DNA of 63,913 nt, counting the filler, from Basidiobolus ranarum (Eukaryota): NCBI GenBank assembly GCA_040143965.1. It is 3 parts of 3 records of this genome, joined end to end, with 100 filler letters (N's around TTAATTAATTAA, not from the genome) between each part and the next. Parts side by side here need not be neighbours in the genome. Positions count along the whole stretch, not along the records: positions 1 to 21,544 come from JASJQH010000202.1; 2 more parts are not named here. One strand, 5' to 3'. Shown one piece after another: positions 1-11,800 of this stretch; position 1 is the stretch's first letter; every line of letters starts with the position of its first letter. The notes under the pieces were generated by a model. It did no database searches and was not told where the DNA came from. It was given only the letters and a program-made list of their open reading frames with translations. The position numbers and the translations under genes are program-made.

Positions 1-149
1 TCAGTCTGATCAATGCCAGTTATCAATAAAGATTCTTGCCAAAGTATCTCCCTTGTCCAGTCTTGTCTTGTGGTCTACACCTGAGTACTCTCCTGCCTTC
101 TAGCCTCTTGTTGTTGTTTCCAGTCCTTGTCCAGTTCCTTATTGTGACA
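1..149 (+). mobile_element. Probable 3' end of an LTR from a second family, inserted into the copia RNase H remnant
   Basis: AATAAA at 25-30 and a TGTGACA end at 143-149. Copia RNase H homology begins immediately after. Sequence is CpG-free. Confidence 0.35.
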
Positions 150-296
150 TATAGAGAATAAGTTTATTGACTTGACTTATTGTTCCTCAGAAGATGTGAT
201 TGCTGATATGCTAACCAAACCATTAGCTAGACAGAAATATGAAAAATTTAGACCTTCCTTAGGATTAGTTTATATAACTATTTAGCTGAGGGAGAG
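150..296 (+). mobile_element. Ty1/copia RNase H C-terminal remnant plus polypurine tract
   Basis: Translates IENKFIDLTYCSSEDVIADMLTKPLARQKYEKFRPSLGL (copia ADxLTK motif). PPT GAGGGAGAG at 288-296. Closely matches 22987-23132. Confidence 0.9.
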
Positions 297-1415
297 TGTC
301 AAAATTAGCATTTCCTAATCACCTATATAGTCATATGAAGCTTTGCATTTGTGGAAATTAGCATTGTCTTAGCACTTATATAATCATATATAGCTTTGAT
401 GTTGTTATCTTATGTTTTAATAAGATATTACCTATTATTCTCAATTGAATATATTTGGAATATTTCTACTAACTTAGAAGTTCTCCAATATAATGATTTT
501 TTAAACTTGTGCTAGAAGCACAAAACTCTGCACTCTTTTGCGTCCAAAAGAAAAGTAGGTAAAAAGTCTTGAAATTTACTGATCCAGAGAAACTGTTAAA
601 TGCAGAATCTTAGTACTGTTTAAGCAGGAAATGTTGGCAGAGCAGATCTAACTAATAAGAGTCTTTAGAATAGCAGTGGTTTGCTATGTAATGGTACAGA
701 GCTGGTTTACTATGTAACTAGGCTTGGTGTTCTGTGGGTGCTAGTGATTACTAGGCTTTGATAGAAATGGGAGAGGAATATTGAATTCATTGAGACATAC
801 TGAGAAATGCTGAGATCCTACTTTTGTTGCAACACACACTAAATCAAAAGTTTCAGTTAGCTTTGGTTGTACCTTTTCATAGCAGAGAGAATTAGTCATC
901 ATCAAGATAATTGATGACTGATTCTGATAAAAGTGAAATACAATTGGATAGATGTATAGATAGATAAGTAAGTCATGTAGCAGCTGAAGTCTTGGCAGTG
1001 AAAGATCATAGCTTATGATTCTTGTGACTCATCTTGAATTGTGTCTTGGCAGATGACTCAGTTGTTAATACTGATTGGATAATCATCATGTGATAGGGCA
1101 TATGTTTTATTAGAAGGGATAAGAGAATAGGGAAATAGTTATGTGCTAAAGTCAGGTGACTTCTCAACTGTAGTGATTAACTAAGCAGATACTTGGGTAA
1201 GTTGATTCAAGATACCATAAGTGAGCCAATTTTCAGTGTTGGTGCACAACACATGCATGTTCCTGGGACCTTCCTTAACATATTCCACCCATTGGTGTGT
1301 TTACATCTTGACAAAACTATAAATGTCAACTTTCAATTCAATAAATCAATAAGTGAGAATCATCAATTTCTATAATTCACCAAACCACTTCAACAGGCTC
1401 CCAAATACTTTAACT
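297..1415 (+). mobile_element. Copia LTR with a restarted 5' end at ~350, split by a ~720-bp insertion (534-1253)
   Basis: Starts TGTCAAAATTAGCATT directly after the PPT. Homology to the LTR at 23133-23480 stops at 533, resumes at ~1254 (CATGTTCCTGGGACC) and ends CCCAAATACTTTAAC. Confidence 0.85.
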
Positions 1416-2153
1416 ACATATGCAAGAATACATGGACACTCTCTAAAGCCAATCATATATGTTATGATTTTTTGATTTCAAGTGATAAGTAATAGCAGTG
1501 TGTGAATTACTGCTCACAGTGCCTCTCTCAAGTCTGAATATAGTAGCTTATTAGTATCCATTAACTGAATCATTGAGCTTTTCTGCTTACATCTAAGATT
1601 GTAATCAACTAAAGTGCCATAATCCATTACATGAACTAAAAGAAGCTATTCAAGTGTAACTCCCCTTGGAGGAAGTTGCCAGTTTTCTACTATTGTGGTG
1701 AAACCTATAACCCAGAGTGTAAAGTAATATTTTTCTATTTTTATGGTTGACCATTGCTAACAAAGCATGAACATATTTCAATCAAAGGTTGTGAACTCAA
1801 GGAACAAATATTTTACCCATTAACTAGACTGAATATGGTACATCTACCAATAACTTAGGGTTAGGTTGATATAAATACATATATATGTGCAATTTATGGT
1901 TTGTATTCATTGAATGCTAGCTGGAACGCGCTAAGTGTACTAGCATGTATGAGCGCAGAAAAGTCACCGAAAAAAACATAAAGTATGGTACAATTGAATG
2001 TAATATATTACAACTTTTAACCATTTGAAAACCTACGAAATGGGCTGAACCAAATCCACTTGAATAGTGGTGAGTGAGAGCAAGGAAGCAAAAGGGATGG
2101 AGGGGGAAGGGAAGGGAAATCAAAGCCAATTCGGTCAACGAAACCTAACCCAA

Positions 2154-2870
2154 TCATCTAGACTCATATATGTGTTTACCTCTCTGTTTAAAATCGGTCA
2201 TACCCTTTCCACTACCGACAACACCTACCTTACCTTCCGGTTCAGTAGGAGTGGCAAAGATAGATTTCTTATTTATTGCCGTGGAGTTCTTCCCTTTCTT
2301 ATTGTTAGCGAATTTTAACCAAGCTTGTTGTTTAACGGCGGTTTCCGAGGTTTTACTGGTGGTCTTCTTCTTCTTTTTAGTTGGATCGTCCACAACAGCT
2401 TCGCTAGTTTGTTCGCGTTTTTTCTGAGTTTTGTTACTGATAGGTTTAAGTTCTTCTGCTGATACCACCTCAGTATTACCGTAACCTTTAAAAGTAACAG
2501 AATATGTACCGTCACCACTAATAGCAACAATAACAGCTTCATAAAACTGCTTATCTGAACTCCATTTAGCCTGACAAGTATCACCTATCGTCCACCTATG
2601 ATCTGAGGCAGGAATTTCAAAAGCAGAGATCTTTTGCACTTTGGGGGGTAAACTAGTTGTGGCTTTAGGTGGAGCGGAAGGTTTTTTCACTGGTTTTGTT
2701 TGTGGTGGAGGGACTTGTTCCTGTTGTTGTAGAAAGCTTTCAGTTAGAGAAATTAAGTCGTTTAAATCTTGTTTAAGCTTATTCAATTCAGCATTCTCGG
2801 GATCTGCTTCTAATGCTGTGTTGACTTGATCCAATTGATATTGATAGGAAGCGAGTTCTTCTGCGTTCAT
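2154..2870 (-). CDS. SPF30: Tudor-domain splicing factor SPF30/SMNDC1
   Basis: N-terminal LASYQYQLDQVNTALEADPEN, Tudor domain (WTIGDTCQAKWSSDKQFYEAVI...FKGYGNTEVV), C-terminal SIFATP..GKVGVVGSGKGMT. Intronless, ATG at 2870. Confidence 0.93.
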   Translation of the reverse strand: MNAEELASYQYQLDQVNTALEADPENAELNKLKQDLNDLISLTESFLQQQEQVPPPQTKPVKKPSAPPKATTSLPPKVQKISAFEIPASDHRWTIGDTCQAKWSSDKQFYEAVIVAISGDGTYSVTFKGYGNTEVVSAEELKPISNKTQKKREQTSEAVVDDPTKKKKKTTSKTSETAVKQQAWLKFANNKKGKNSTAINKKSIFATPTEPEGKVGVVGSGKGMTDFKQRGKHIYESR

Positions 2871-3520
2871 GTTTACGGCGATCAAATAAGTCCAAAAAAT
2901 AAGTATATAAAGGAGTTGTTGATTAAAGGATAAAAAAGATTATGGATAGGAACTTAATTTACGCATACAACTCCCTTCCACTCCTTCTTCCACCCATGCC
3001 AGTGGATTTTTTTTTGATTCAACCTGATGATGAAAAATTGTTCGACCATAAATCGATCATTCACTATTAATCGATTCTAAAACCACCAGGATCTGGAATC
3101 GAAACTGTAACAAAATTAACAGACAAAGTGATGTCATTTTCTTGCTATTTTTATATGGGGCACAGTCAAACGAGTATCGGCCCTTGATATTCCATATAGT
3201 AATGTCGATTAACCATTTTGGCACGTAAAGTACTAGTAACTTACAAGTCTATCCAGCTAGCCAATAGGAACGAGTTAAAGCCTATGTCTATTTGATAAAA
3301 GAATGGTCGGAGAATCGGATTAGGACTGGGATGTTAGAGCCAAGTTAATTACGTTAAGATCAAGAAAAATTTAGTTTAATTATATGTAACAACGCACAAC
3401 GCATTAAATAGAGGACGACATTAAGGTTGTTCAAAATGTGGGGTACATAACTAATATGTATATATATAGGTGTACATAGGATACATTGCAAGGTAATCGA
3501 GTGCTCATTATCGTACTTCA

Positions 3521-4822
3521 TCATCGTACTTCAGGTGAGTCGTATGTGCCTTCTGGCGAATGCGTTGGCTCCATGAACGTATAGTTGGTATCACTTACTT
3601 GTCGTGCCACTACATAGCTAAACGCTATTGCGACATAGAGCAAAGCCCAGTTAATACCAATCACTGCAGTTGGGATAACTGCTTCGGCGTCCAAATACCA
3701 CGCTATGGCAGTGCCTGCTGATTGAATGGCCTTGTAGATTCCAGCATAGCGCGATAGAATCATCGCGTTATTAGTTAGAGTCCCTATTATCCAGTAGCAC
3801 CAGGTCTGAAGCATAGCATCGGAAAAGCCGGAGAGAAGAAATAATACCAACAGTGATGTGTATTGATCATCGAGGATGTCCACCATCTCAGAGTTGGCCT
3901 CATTGACATATTTGATCTCAACAAATAAACAGCCAAGCCATGTTGTAGTATAAAACACACCGATGAATGCAAGACCTATGGTAGCCCGTTTTGAGCGAAC
4001 AAACAGTGGGTTATCCAAAAACTGACCAAAAGTAAAGGCACCTAGCATTTGAGACGCCCAATAAAAGATATTATTGAAGGTACGAGTTCTTGGTGAAAAG
4101 AAAGTCCCATTCATATCGCCAAATCGATAACTATAGAACCAGTTGGAATAAAGAAACATAGGCCATAAGAACAGAAGTTTTCGGTTCGTAAATGCATGTA
4201 CGAGCTGTCGAAGTTCGTGAGCAATACTGAATCCAGTTTTGGAGGTTACTCGTGATCCGTCATCCCGGATAACTTGCGCGGGGGAAATGAGAAAATAGGT
4301 AATCATGACGCCAAAGGCCATTAGACAAAGGAAACTAATGGTAACAATTTGAAAGTCGAAATCAAGTAGTGGTAGAAAGCCTCCAAGAAAGGCACCGATA
4401 TTGAATAAAATCCAAAAGATTCCAAAAAAACGACCTTTTTGATTCTCCATAGGATATGAGGTGACAATCATACCCGCCGCGGCCCATAATAACGCTGACC
4501 CAAACCCGACTAACACGGAACCTGTAACTGTCAGCTCGGTATTCTCGATTTTGGTATAAGTCCAAAGTAAAAAAACATACAAGATATAGGATAGACCACC
4601 GACTATGATGGATATTCGAGGACCGAGCATGTTGTTGATCGATCCGGCGATAATCCCAAACACTGAACAACTAGCGTAGAGAGCAATAGTTATGTGTCGG
4701 GAGATCTCAGGGCTAAGTGTACCTATAGTGCCTATGCCGTAATAGACATTGTAGACGCCCACAATAAAGCAGCATACAAAGCCTAGGATTATGAGTTGAC
4801 TCAATGGATTTTCCCATCTCAT
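3521..4822 (-). CDS. UNC-93-like MFS membrane protein (DUF895 type)
   Basis: Many hydrophobic helices, ALLWAAAGMIVTSYP..KGRFFGIFW, YSNWFYSY, RTRTFNN.FYW, RYAGIYKAIQSAG. A short upstream exon (ATG ~4901) is possible. Confidence 0.85.
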   Translation of the reverse strand: MRWENPLSQLIILGFVCCFIVGVYNVYYGIGTIGTLSPEISRHITIALYASCSVFGIIAGSINNMLGPRISIIVGGLSYILYVFLLWTYTKIENTELTVTGSVLVGFGSALLWAAAGMIVTSYPMENQKGRFFGIFWILFNIGAFLGGFLPLLDFDFQIVTISFLCLMAFGVMITYFLISPAQVIRDDGSRVTSKTGFSIAHELRQLVHAFTNRKLLFLWPMFLYSNWFYSYRFGDMNGTFFSPRTRTFNNIFYWASQMLGAFTFGQFLDNPLFVRSKRATIGLAFIGVFYTTTWLGCLFVEIKYVNEANSEMVDILDDQYTSLLVLFLLSGFSDAMLQTWCYWIIGTLTNNAMILSRYAGIYKAIQSAGTAIAWYLDAEAVIPTAVIGINWALLYVAIAFSYVVARQVSDTNYTFMEPTHSPEGTYDSPEVR

Positions 4823-5311
4823 AATTTCGAAGGCAGTTAATATTCGAGCAGAAAAAGGAAGGAAATGGTTTTTGCTAAACACACACGGCAGCTTCGGCCA
4901 TCACAACAATATATATATATTGGTAGAAATATTGCTTATTGGCCAGTGTACAAACTAATCTAATGATCGAGATCCTGTTTCTGGTGAGTGAAGGTTTTTA
5001 GGTTGATTAAGCTTGTCTATATATATATATGAACCACCAGTTGGTGAGGACACGAGGATCACACGCCTTACTGACATAGTCCATGACTTTCCAGGCTAGA
5101 ATCCATCATGTAATCTTTCCCATGTCGGTTTGAGTATACTAGAATACACTGATGATCAATGGTCATGGAATCGATTAACTGCTTGCATCAAAAGAACTCC
5201 TATTAAAGTTGAGACCATCATCAATGGGAAAGTGAGGACTGAGCAAAACCCTAGTCGAGTTCGTCAGGGTGCTGTGTTTTAACTTAACATTTTTAATTTG
5301 TGGTAGCAGTA

Positions 5312-5935
5312 ATGGCTAAATCTTCCACTTTTCGAGCAACAACATGGGATCCTTTACTAATCATAAGTCAAATAGTAACGTTACAATCCCTTTGCTATCT
5401 ATCTGCTGCGTTAATCACCTTAATCGTTGATGGACTTACTGGCGCAGATATTACCTTGGACAATCTATTGAATTTTAGAGAGTATAGAGGTGACACAATG
5501 TTTGGCTGGACACTTGCAACTGGGTGGTTAACCAACTCGGTATTTGGGTAAGAGCCATTTTTCTCATCATCCACAGTACATATTTTAATTTTATAAATTT
5601 CTTTCAGTGTTTTTATTTTACTTCACATCGTTGAACGTGCCAAACTCTGCTTGGACTTCACCATCACGTTTCACTTCTTTCATTTTCTATTCACATCTAT
5701 GTACTCACAACAGATACCTTCCCATTTCATGTGGTGGGCTTTGAATATTATATCTTGTTGTCTAATGAGCATAGGTGGAGAATGGATGTGTATGCGTAAA
5801 GAAATGACCCCCATTCAGTTGGGAGGTGGTGCTTCTGGTGAAGCTAGTAGTAGTCGCTCAAAGTCTGATGCGAAAAGGCGCAAATCATCTTCTCCTACTT
5901 ATGAAATGTTGCCTTTGGAGGAGGAAAGCCAATGA
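5312..5935 (+). CDS. SYS1: Golgi integral membrane protein Sys1
   Basis: WDPLLIISQIVTLQSLCY, VERAKLCLDF, GEWMCMRKEMTPI. Intron 5548-5607 (GT-AG) joins the two ORFs in frame. Confidence 0.93.
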
Positions 5936-6462
5936 GGGGGTAAATGTTCCCTCTATTCTTGGCAGTGTACATTTACCTTGTTATTATTATTCCGATAGGC
6001 AATTCTCTTAAAGAACAGTGATCATAGGATGTTCGTTTCTCTTCAAGCTCGAAAGTATCTACTTTATCAACCCACTGTTACTTAACACCAGCCAGCAAAG
6101 TGATATATGGCATTGTTTACATAGCTTACTATATTCTAAAGCCAAGCTATTAATACTCTATTAAACTAAATATATACTATACTGAGCAAATTCAATAGTA
6201 TAAGGTTTTTATCCTCAGATCTATCATGCATGTTGAGTGCCAAGACGCGAACACGTAAATCACTTCAATGAGAGTATTCCAAGTAACATGATAAAATAGC
6301 ATAATCCTAGCCAAGTGAATGTCTAATGAATAAGTGTATTTAATTGTCTTTGTTTCTCTTCGACCGATGTTTATACCGATTAAAAAGAAATGGAATACAT
6401 GCAATGAAGAGGTGGGAGAAAGTGAATACGTATGGCCGAGAAAACGATATACTTCGGATGAT

Positions 6463-6902
6463 TTATTTTCCAAGACGCTTTCTCAAAGCACGAGTATTCT
6501 TTCTAAGCTTCTTATATTTATGTTTGTTCATCTTGAGCTTTCTCTTTCTTAAGATACTAGTCATCAACATAGTTTCCTTAGGTGCTTCGGGGGTTTGGTA
6601 CTTTTGTTTGATATTCTCTAAAAAGTCGATGGCTTTCTTCTGTTGGCTTTCAACTTGAACAGGACTAGCCTTCAAAGGAGAAAGATTTAGAGCATTCCAT
6701 CCTAATAACAGAGTTTAATAATCTTAAAAAAGAGACCAATCAAGTCAAAGCCATTACCTTCTACAGACGCTACATTTTGGAAACGAGGGACAAAGCTTAT
6801 AGGTTTAATAGAGGCAACTACCGAGGGGGTAGAGTAAAGGGCTCTCATAGCGCCCTTAGGAGCCTGAGTGACACATGAAAACACACGGTTCAAAAGGCTC
6901 AT
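6463..6902 (-). CDS. COX24: Mitochondrial small-subunit ribosomal protein mS38/Cox24 (DUF1713)
   Basis: C-terminal TSILRKRKLKMNKHKYKKLRK signature and presequence-like N-terminus. Intron 6702-6757 restores the frame. Confidence 0.85.
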
Positions 6903-7189
6903 GTTTTTAGTCTAGATAGACGGGGTAGGAACAATCCGAAGTTGCTTTCCGATGAGCCTCTTGAATTTACAAAAATTTTCCCTTTCCACACCCACCGTGT
7001 ACAGGATCTACTGAGCCGTATCACGTGATCCGCACTTGAAATTGCTGATAGGTAGAGATAAAAAAAGCAAGGAAACTGTAATAAAGGTGGGTGAGCAAGA
7101 TACGATATTTATTGATTGATAGGGAATTACAAAGCTAGAATTAGTTGTAGATTGAGATCAGTTTCAACATCAGAGGCTAACCCGGCTTA

Positions 7190-7681
7190 CTAACGGTTGG
7201 TAGAGTTTTGGACTTGATCTCCAGCCTGACGAGCAGTCTCGGCAACTGTCTCCGAAGCGTCCTCCACTTTGGGATACACCCAGTTGTAGAGTCGACGAAG
7301 TATATCGAAGCCAAATTTAAAACTCTGGTAGGTACCGACTCCCAACAATGCTATGAAGGCGGCAGTTAACAAAATCGGGATCAGTACGAGACTTCCAATC
7401 CCGAGAAAAGTGCCGATTGCAGTGATGGAACCAGCAGTAGCCACGCCAACTGTTCCTAGAATCACCATACCCGCGTACCCGATAAAGAGAATTGCAGGAA
7501 TCGCGGAAAGAGCAAATACACTATATCCGTATCTCTTTATCACAGGTGATTTCTCTGCATAATCCACGTACGAACCAACAATATCTTGAGTCCGATCTTT
7601 CATTTCATGATAACCTTCTTTAGTCTGGTGAAGCACTTGCTTGGTTTTTTCCTGGATATTGTGAGTCGTATCTTGGGACAT
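7190..7681 (-). CDS. Promethin/LDAF1 (Ldo16)-like lipid droplet membrane protein
   Basis: Long hydrophobic hairpin segment (ALSAIPAILFIGY...LIPILLTAAFIAL) between hydrophilic ends. Likely ATG at 7681. Confidence 0.55.
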   Translation of the reverse strand: MSQDTTHNIQEKTKQVLHQTKEGYHEMKDRTQDIVGSYVDYAEKSPVIKRYGYSVFALSAIPAILFIGYAGMVILGTVGVATAGSITAIGTFLGIGSLVLIPILLTAAFIALLGVGTYQSFKFGFDILRRLYNWVYPKVEDASETVAETARQAGDQVQNSTNR

Positions 7682-8808
7682 TGTGTAGGGATACTTGGAT
7701 GACAACTGTAGAATACTTTCACTTCTAACCTACCATTCCCAGTATTTATGTTGTTCTCTAAGGAGGATTCGTTCATTTCAAAGCTGAATCACCTTCATCC
7801 TGATGATTACAACTGCTTCCATCGCTCAAACTTTGACACATGTATTGAATCATCTAGGCAAAGATTATTAAGAGATGCTGCATTCATGATCGTTTTGATG
7901 ATATGCTGATTTGGCTTGATTTCCGTTGATTCCTTTGCTTCCCTTGATTTAATATACTCTCCTCTGAATCAGAGCTGAGTAGTCATCAAAACTTTAATCC
8001 GGAATATGCAACATGCTTTTGTGCTGATCAAAACTGCCATTTTTCGGGTTAATCCATGGTATAAATCAGACTCTGATCTAAGCCAGGTGCAGGTGGAGAT
8101 GTAGATGCAGATGTATGTGTACCACAAATTGAACAAGCAAGTCAGATATAAACAGAATTTAACCAGAAAGCTAATCAGGAACAATTGCTTGCTTAACCAG
8201 TAACATGGAAGAATAAATAATCTGACTCGACTGCTTTTGCGTCCCCCATCAATCATGAAGAGATATCTATATTTTGCGCATGGTGGTGAAGTTTGGATTC
8301 AGGGTGCTGCTGCAAGCTCCTTAATACACCCTGCACCAGTTGCGTCGCTATTCCCTCAAGTAAGACCATATTCAAGTGATCATCTTACACAACCCTGGCA
8401 AAAAAACGGAGTATAGATGGTTCGTTGGTAAATGATCTCATCTTAATACTCAAACAAATCAGGGTTGTGCTTGGTTTGAGTTAGTTCGATTCTTGCGATA
8501 TATAATTTATTTCCTATTTGGAATATTTGTTACCATATAATTGATTTCTTCCAAGGAACACTGTATGTGGCTATATGCATATAACTTAGCCTAGGCCAAC
8601 ATCCTAAAAGATTTGCTAATTTGATGCCAAGTCTCTCCTCATATTATTGCTAGTTCCTTTTTTGACTTTAAAGTTGTGACGAGACCAAAGCAGAACAAAA
8701 TTACTTTCTATAGTCATTTGACCTTGTTCGTTGTCAGCTTTCAAACGTACTTTTTGGTTCATTTGGTTTAAAGCGGAGCTGCTGTTACCAGGTACAATTT
8801 AGAGTGGC

Positions 8809-11800
8809 ATGCTTCAATTTCTACAGTCTTACCAGAAGCGCTCCTCTGGAAAAACCTCTCCCCATTCGCCTGGTGGAAAGCCCCCAATAGCTTCACTCAG
8901 AAGAAAAGTTAAAGAAACAAATAAGGCTCCAAATGTTTGCTTCCCAGTAGTTACTATATATGCTTTAATAGTTTGTAACTTTTTTCTTCTTAGGCTACGC
9001 TTAAACATATCCTTGGCTTGACAACCAGTCAAAATTCCGCTTTTGCTGTTCATCCTTCCCAAGACATTATAGCATATTCAGCTGGTTGTGTTGTGGTACT
9101 GTATCACTACAAAAAGAACAAACAAATTGTATTCTTGCAGGCCATTGGGGCCACGGTCCAACAGCCTAATGCATCTACCGAGGCTAATAAGGCGGTATTT
9201 AGTGTATCCGCTGCCCCTGTTGCACCCAATAATGCTTCTCAAACTAAGAAAGCTCTCATTAATGCACCTAAAGCTATCTCTTGTTTGTCATTTTCATCCG
9301 ATGGCAACTATCTGGCTGTCGGTGAGGTAATCATATGCAAAAGTTGCTCTGATAAATATTGTGCACCTTCTCTTACCATGTCTTTGCGTATTTAGTCTGG
9401 ATACCGGCCTCGCGTTTTGGTATGGGATTGGCAAGTGTCGGTCATTGTAAGCGAACTGCTGGGTCACAAATTTGGTGTTTCCACCGTAGAATTTTCACCA
9501 GATATGAAATATTTGGTCTCTATTGGATTCCAGGTTTGATAATTTTATAACGTATATTCAATTTCTGATGATCTAACGAAATTATTTGATGCCATATATG
9601 TTCAGCACGATGGATTTCTTTACGCTTGGGATTGGAAAGCCGGAGTGATGCTTGCTTCCAATAAGATTACGTCCAAGGTAGTCCTTTACGTCCATTCTTT
9701 CTACATTTCGAGTGACTGATGTATTCTTAAATTCATCAGGTGTCAGCATTGACTTTTTCAAATGGAGGCACATACTGCATTACAGCTGGTCTTCGACATA
9801 TCAAATATTGGTACTTTGACGGTTATGGAAATAGTAATTCATTGGTAAACTTGATTGAAAGAAATTTTTCTGATTCGATACTTGAGACATTGTAATAACC
9901 AATTTCAATAGAAGACGACAAAAGTGATGACAGGACGCTCTGGGATACTTTCCGGCCTTAGTAATAATACATTTATTGATGCTGCTTGCGGTAGAGATAA
10001 AGATGGAAGTGAAGTAATGTACTCCATCACCTCTAGTGGACTTCTTTGCCAGTTTAGTGAAGGGAGAGTGGTCCAAAAATGGATCAATTTGCAGGTACCT
10101 TGTATATTAAACCTACAGCACGAAAGAAAGCGCATTTAACGAATTTGACCAGGTTAAAAGAGCGTATTCAATATGCGCCGATGATAGATACATCGCATGT
10201 GGGTGTGAAAATGGAATCATTCGGTACGAGTTTTTGTTGTTTCTAGAGTAGTAGATTGAACTAATATTTGGGAACTAGATTATTTGAACCGGAAACTTTG
10301 AGATATCTGGGAACACTTCCAAGACCACATCAACTAGACGTCGATGTGACATCTCCAGGGTAAGATTTACTTAGATATGGTTGAAGAAGGTTTGGTACTA
10401 AATTCATGCTCAGTTATCAACCACATACTGAAGGTGTTTACCCAAACGTAATTGCAGTGAAAGTAACTTCGCACAGTGAAAAAATTGCGTGTATTTACAG
10501 TGATCGTAGTATGTTCATTTGGGATATCAAAAATCTGGAACGTGTGGGAAAATATCGAAGTTTCTTGTATCATAGCAATTGTATTTGGAATGTTGAGGTA
10601 TTGGAGTTAATACCGTAAACAATATATTAACTATGCTAATAATTAATACCTTAGACTTATCCTGAAGTAACTCATCTTCCAAGCTCCCTCGATTCTTACA
10701 TTCCCTCCAATAGTTTTGCGACATGCTCTTCCGATGGAACTATCCGATTCTGGAATTTGGAACACCTTTACTCTCCATCTTCAATCACCTCCCCTGTGGT
10801 TTCTCCAACTAGTCCAGGTTCGATTTCATCATACAGAGGAAATATATATAGTAAAGAGCTTCTACGTATGCTATTTATTGACCAGTATCAACCTGTGGTA
10901 TCTGAGAACCTTGAAGGTAACTTGAACTCTCTCTAATTCCCATAGAATCTCACTAAGCTCGTATTGTTCCAGATTCAAGTACCTCCCCAAGAGGGGCCAA
11001 TACCACAGTGATTCGCTCAATCAAAATCAGTGCAGATGGTCGGTATCTCGCTTCAGGTGATAAGGAGGGAAATTTAAGGTGGGCATCAATCTTCAGCGAG
11101 AAGAGTGGAAATGATTACATATTTAACGCATGATATTTAGGGTTCATGATTTGCTCTCTATGGAGCAAATTGTTTATCAAGAGGCCCATAATGGAGATAT
11201 ATTAACCATAGACTTCTCAAATCCTTCTACAACAGGTATTTCTTTTGTACCAAATTTAGATATATGTTGGTTGTTTGGCTGATATATATATATATATATT
11301 AGGTTTACCTTCTATGGTTGCTACCGCCGGGCGAGACAGATTGATTCATGTATTTGATGCCAATAACTCGTTTACCCCGATCCAAACTTTAGATGATCAT
11401 TCTGCGGCGATTACCTCACTCAAGTTCACAGATGGAGGTGGAGTGCTTATTAGCAGCAGTGCTGATAAAAGTATTATATTCCGAAAAGCATTACCGGTAA
11501 ATTCAGCCTCATTTAGAAAACATCATAGGCCTTGATATTGACCAATATTCCATAGCAATTAGATACTCCTTTTTTCACCAGCTATCAAAACCATTTTGCC
11601 AAAGCTTCTGTTTATGATATGGACCTGGATTCCACAAAACCTATAATAGCTTCGGTAACTCAAGATAAGCGATTCCATTTGTTTGGTGTTGAATCAGGCA
11701 AATTAGAGAAATCTCATCGGCCAGAATCACTTGATGAAAATAACCCGGATACAAACATCTTGAAAATTGCCTTAGATCCCTCTGGTTCTTTTGTTGCTAC

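Noticed and set aside
9007-9014. ATATCCTT as an AT-AC U12 donor
   Set aside because: It is in-frame coding sequence (LKHILGL) of the WDR62-like exon 2.
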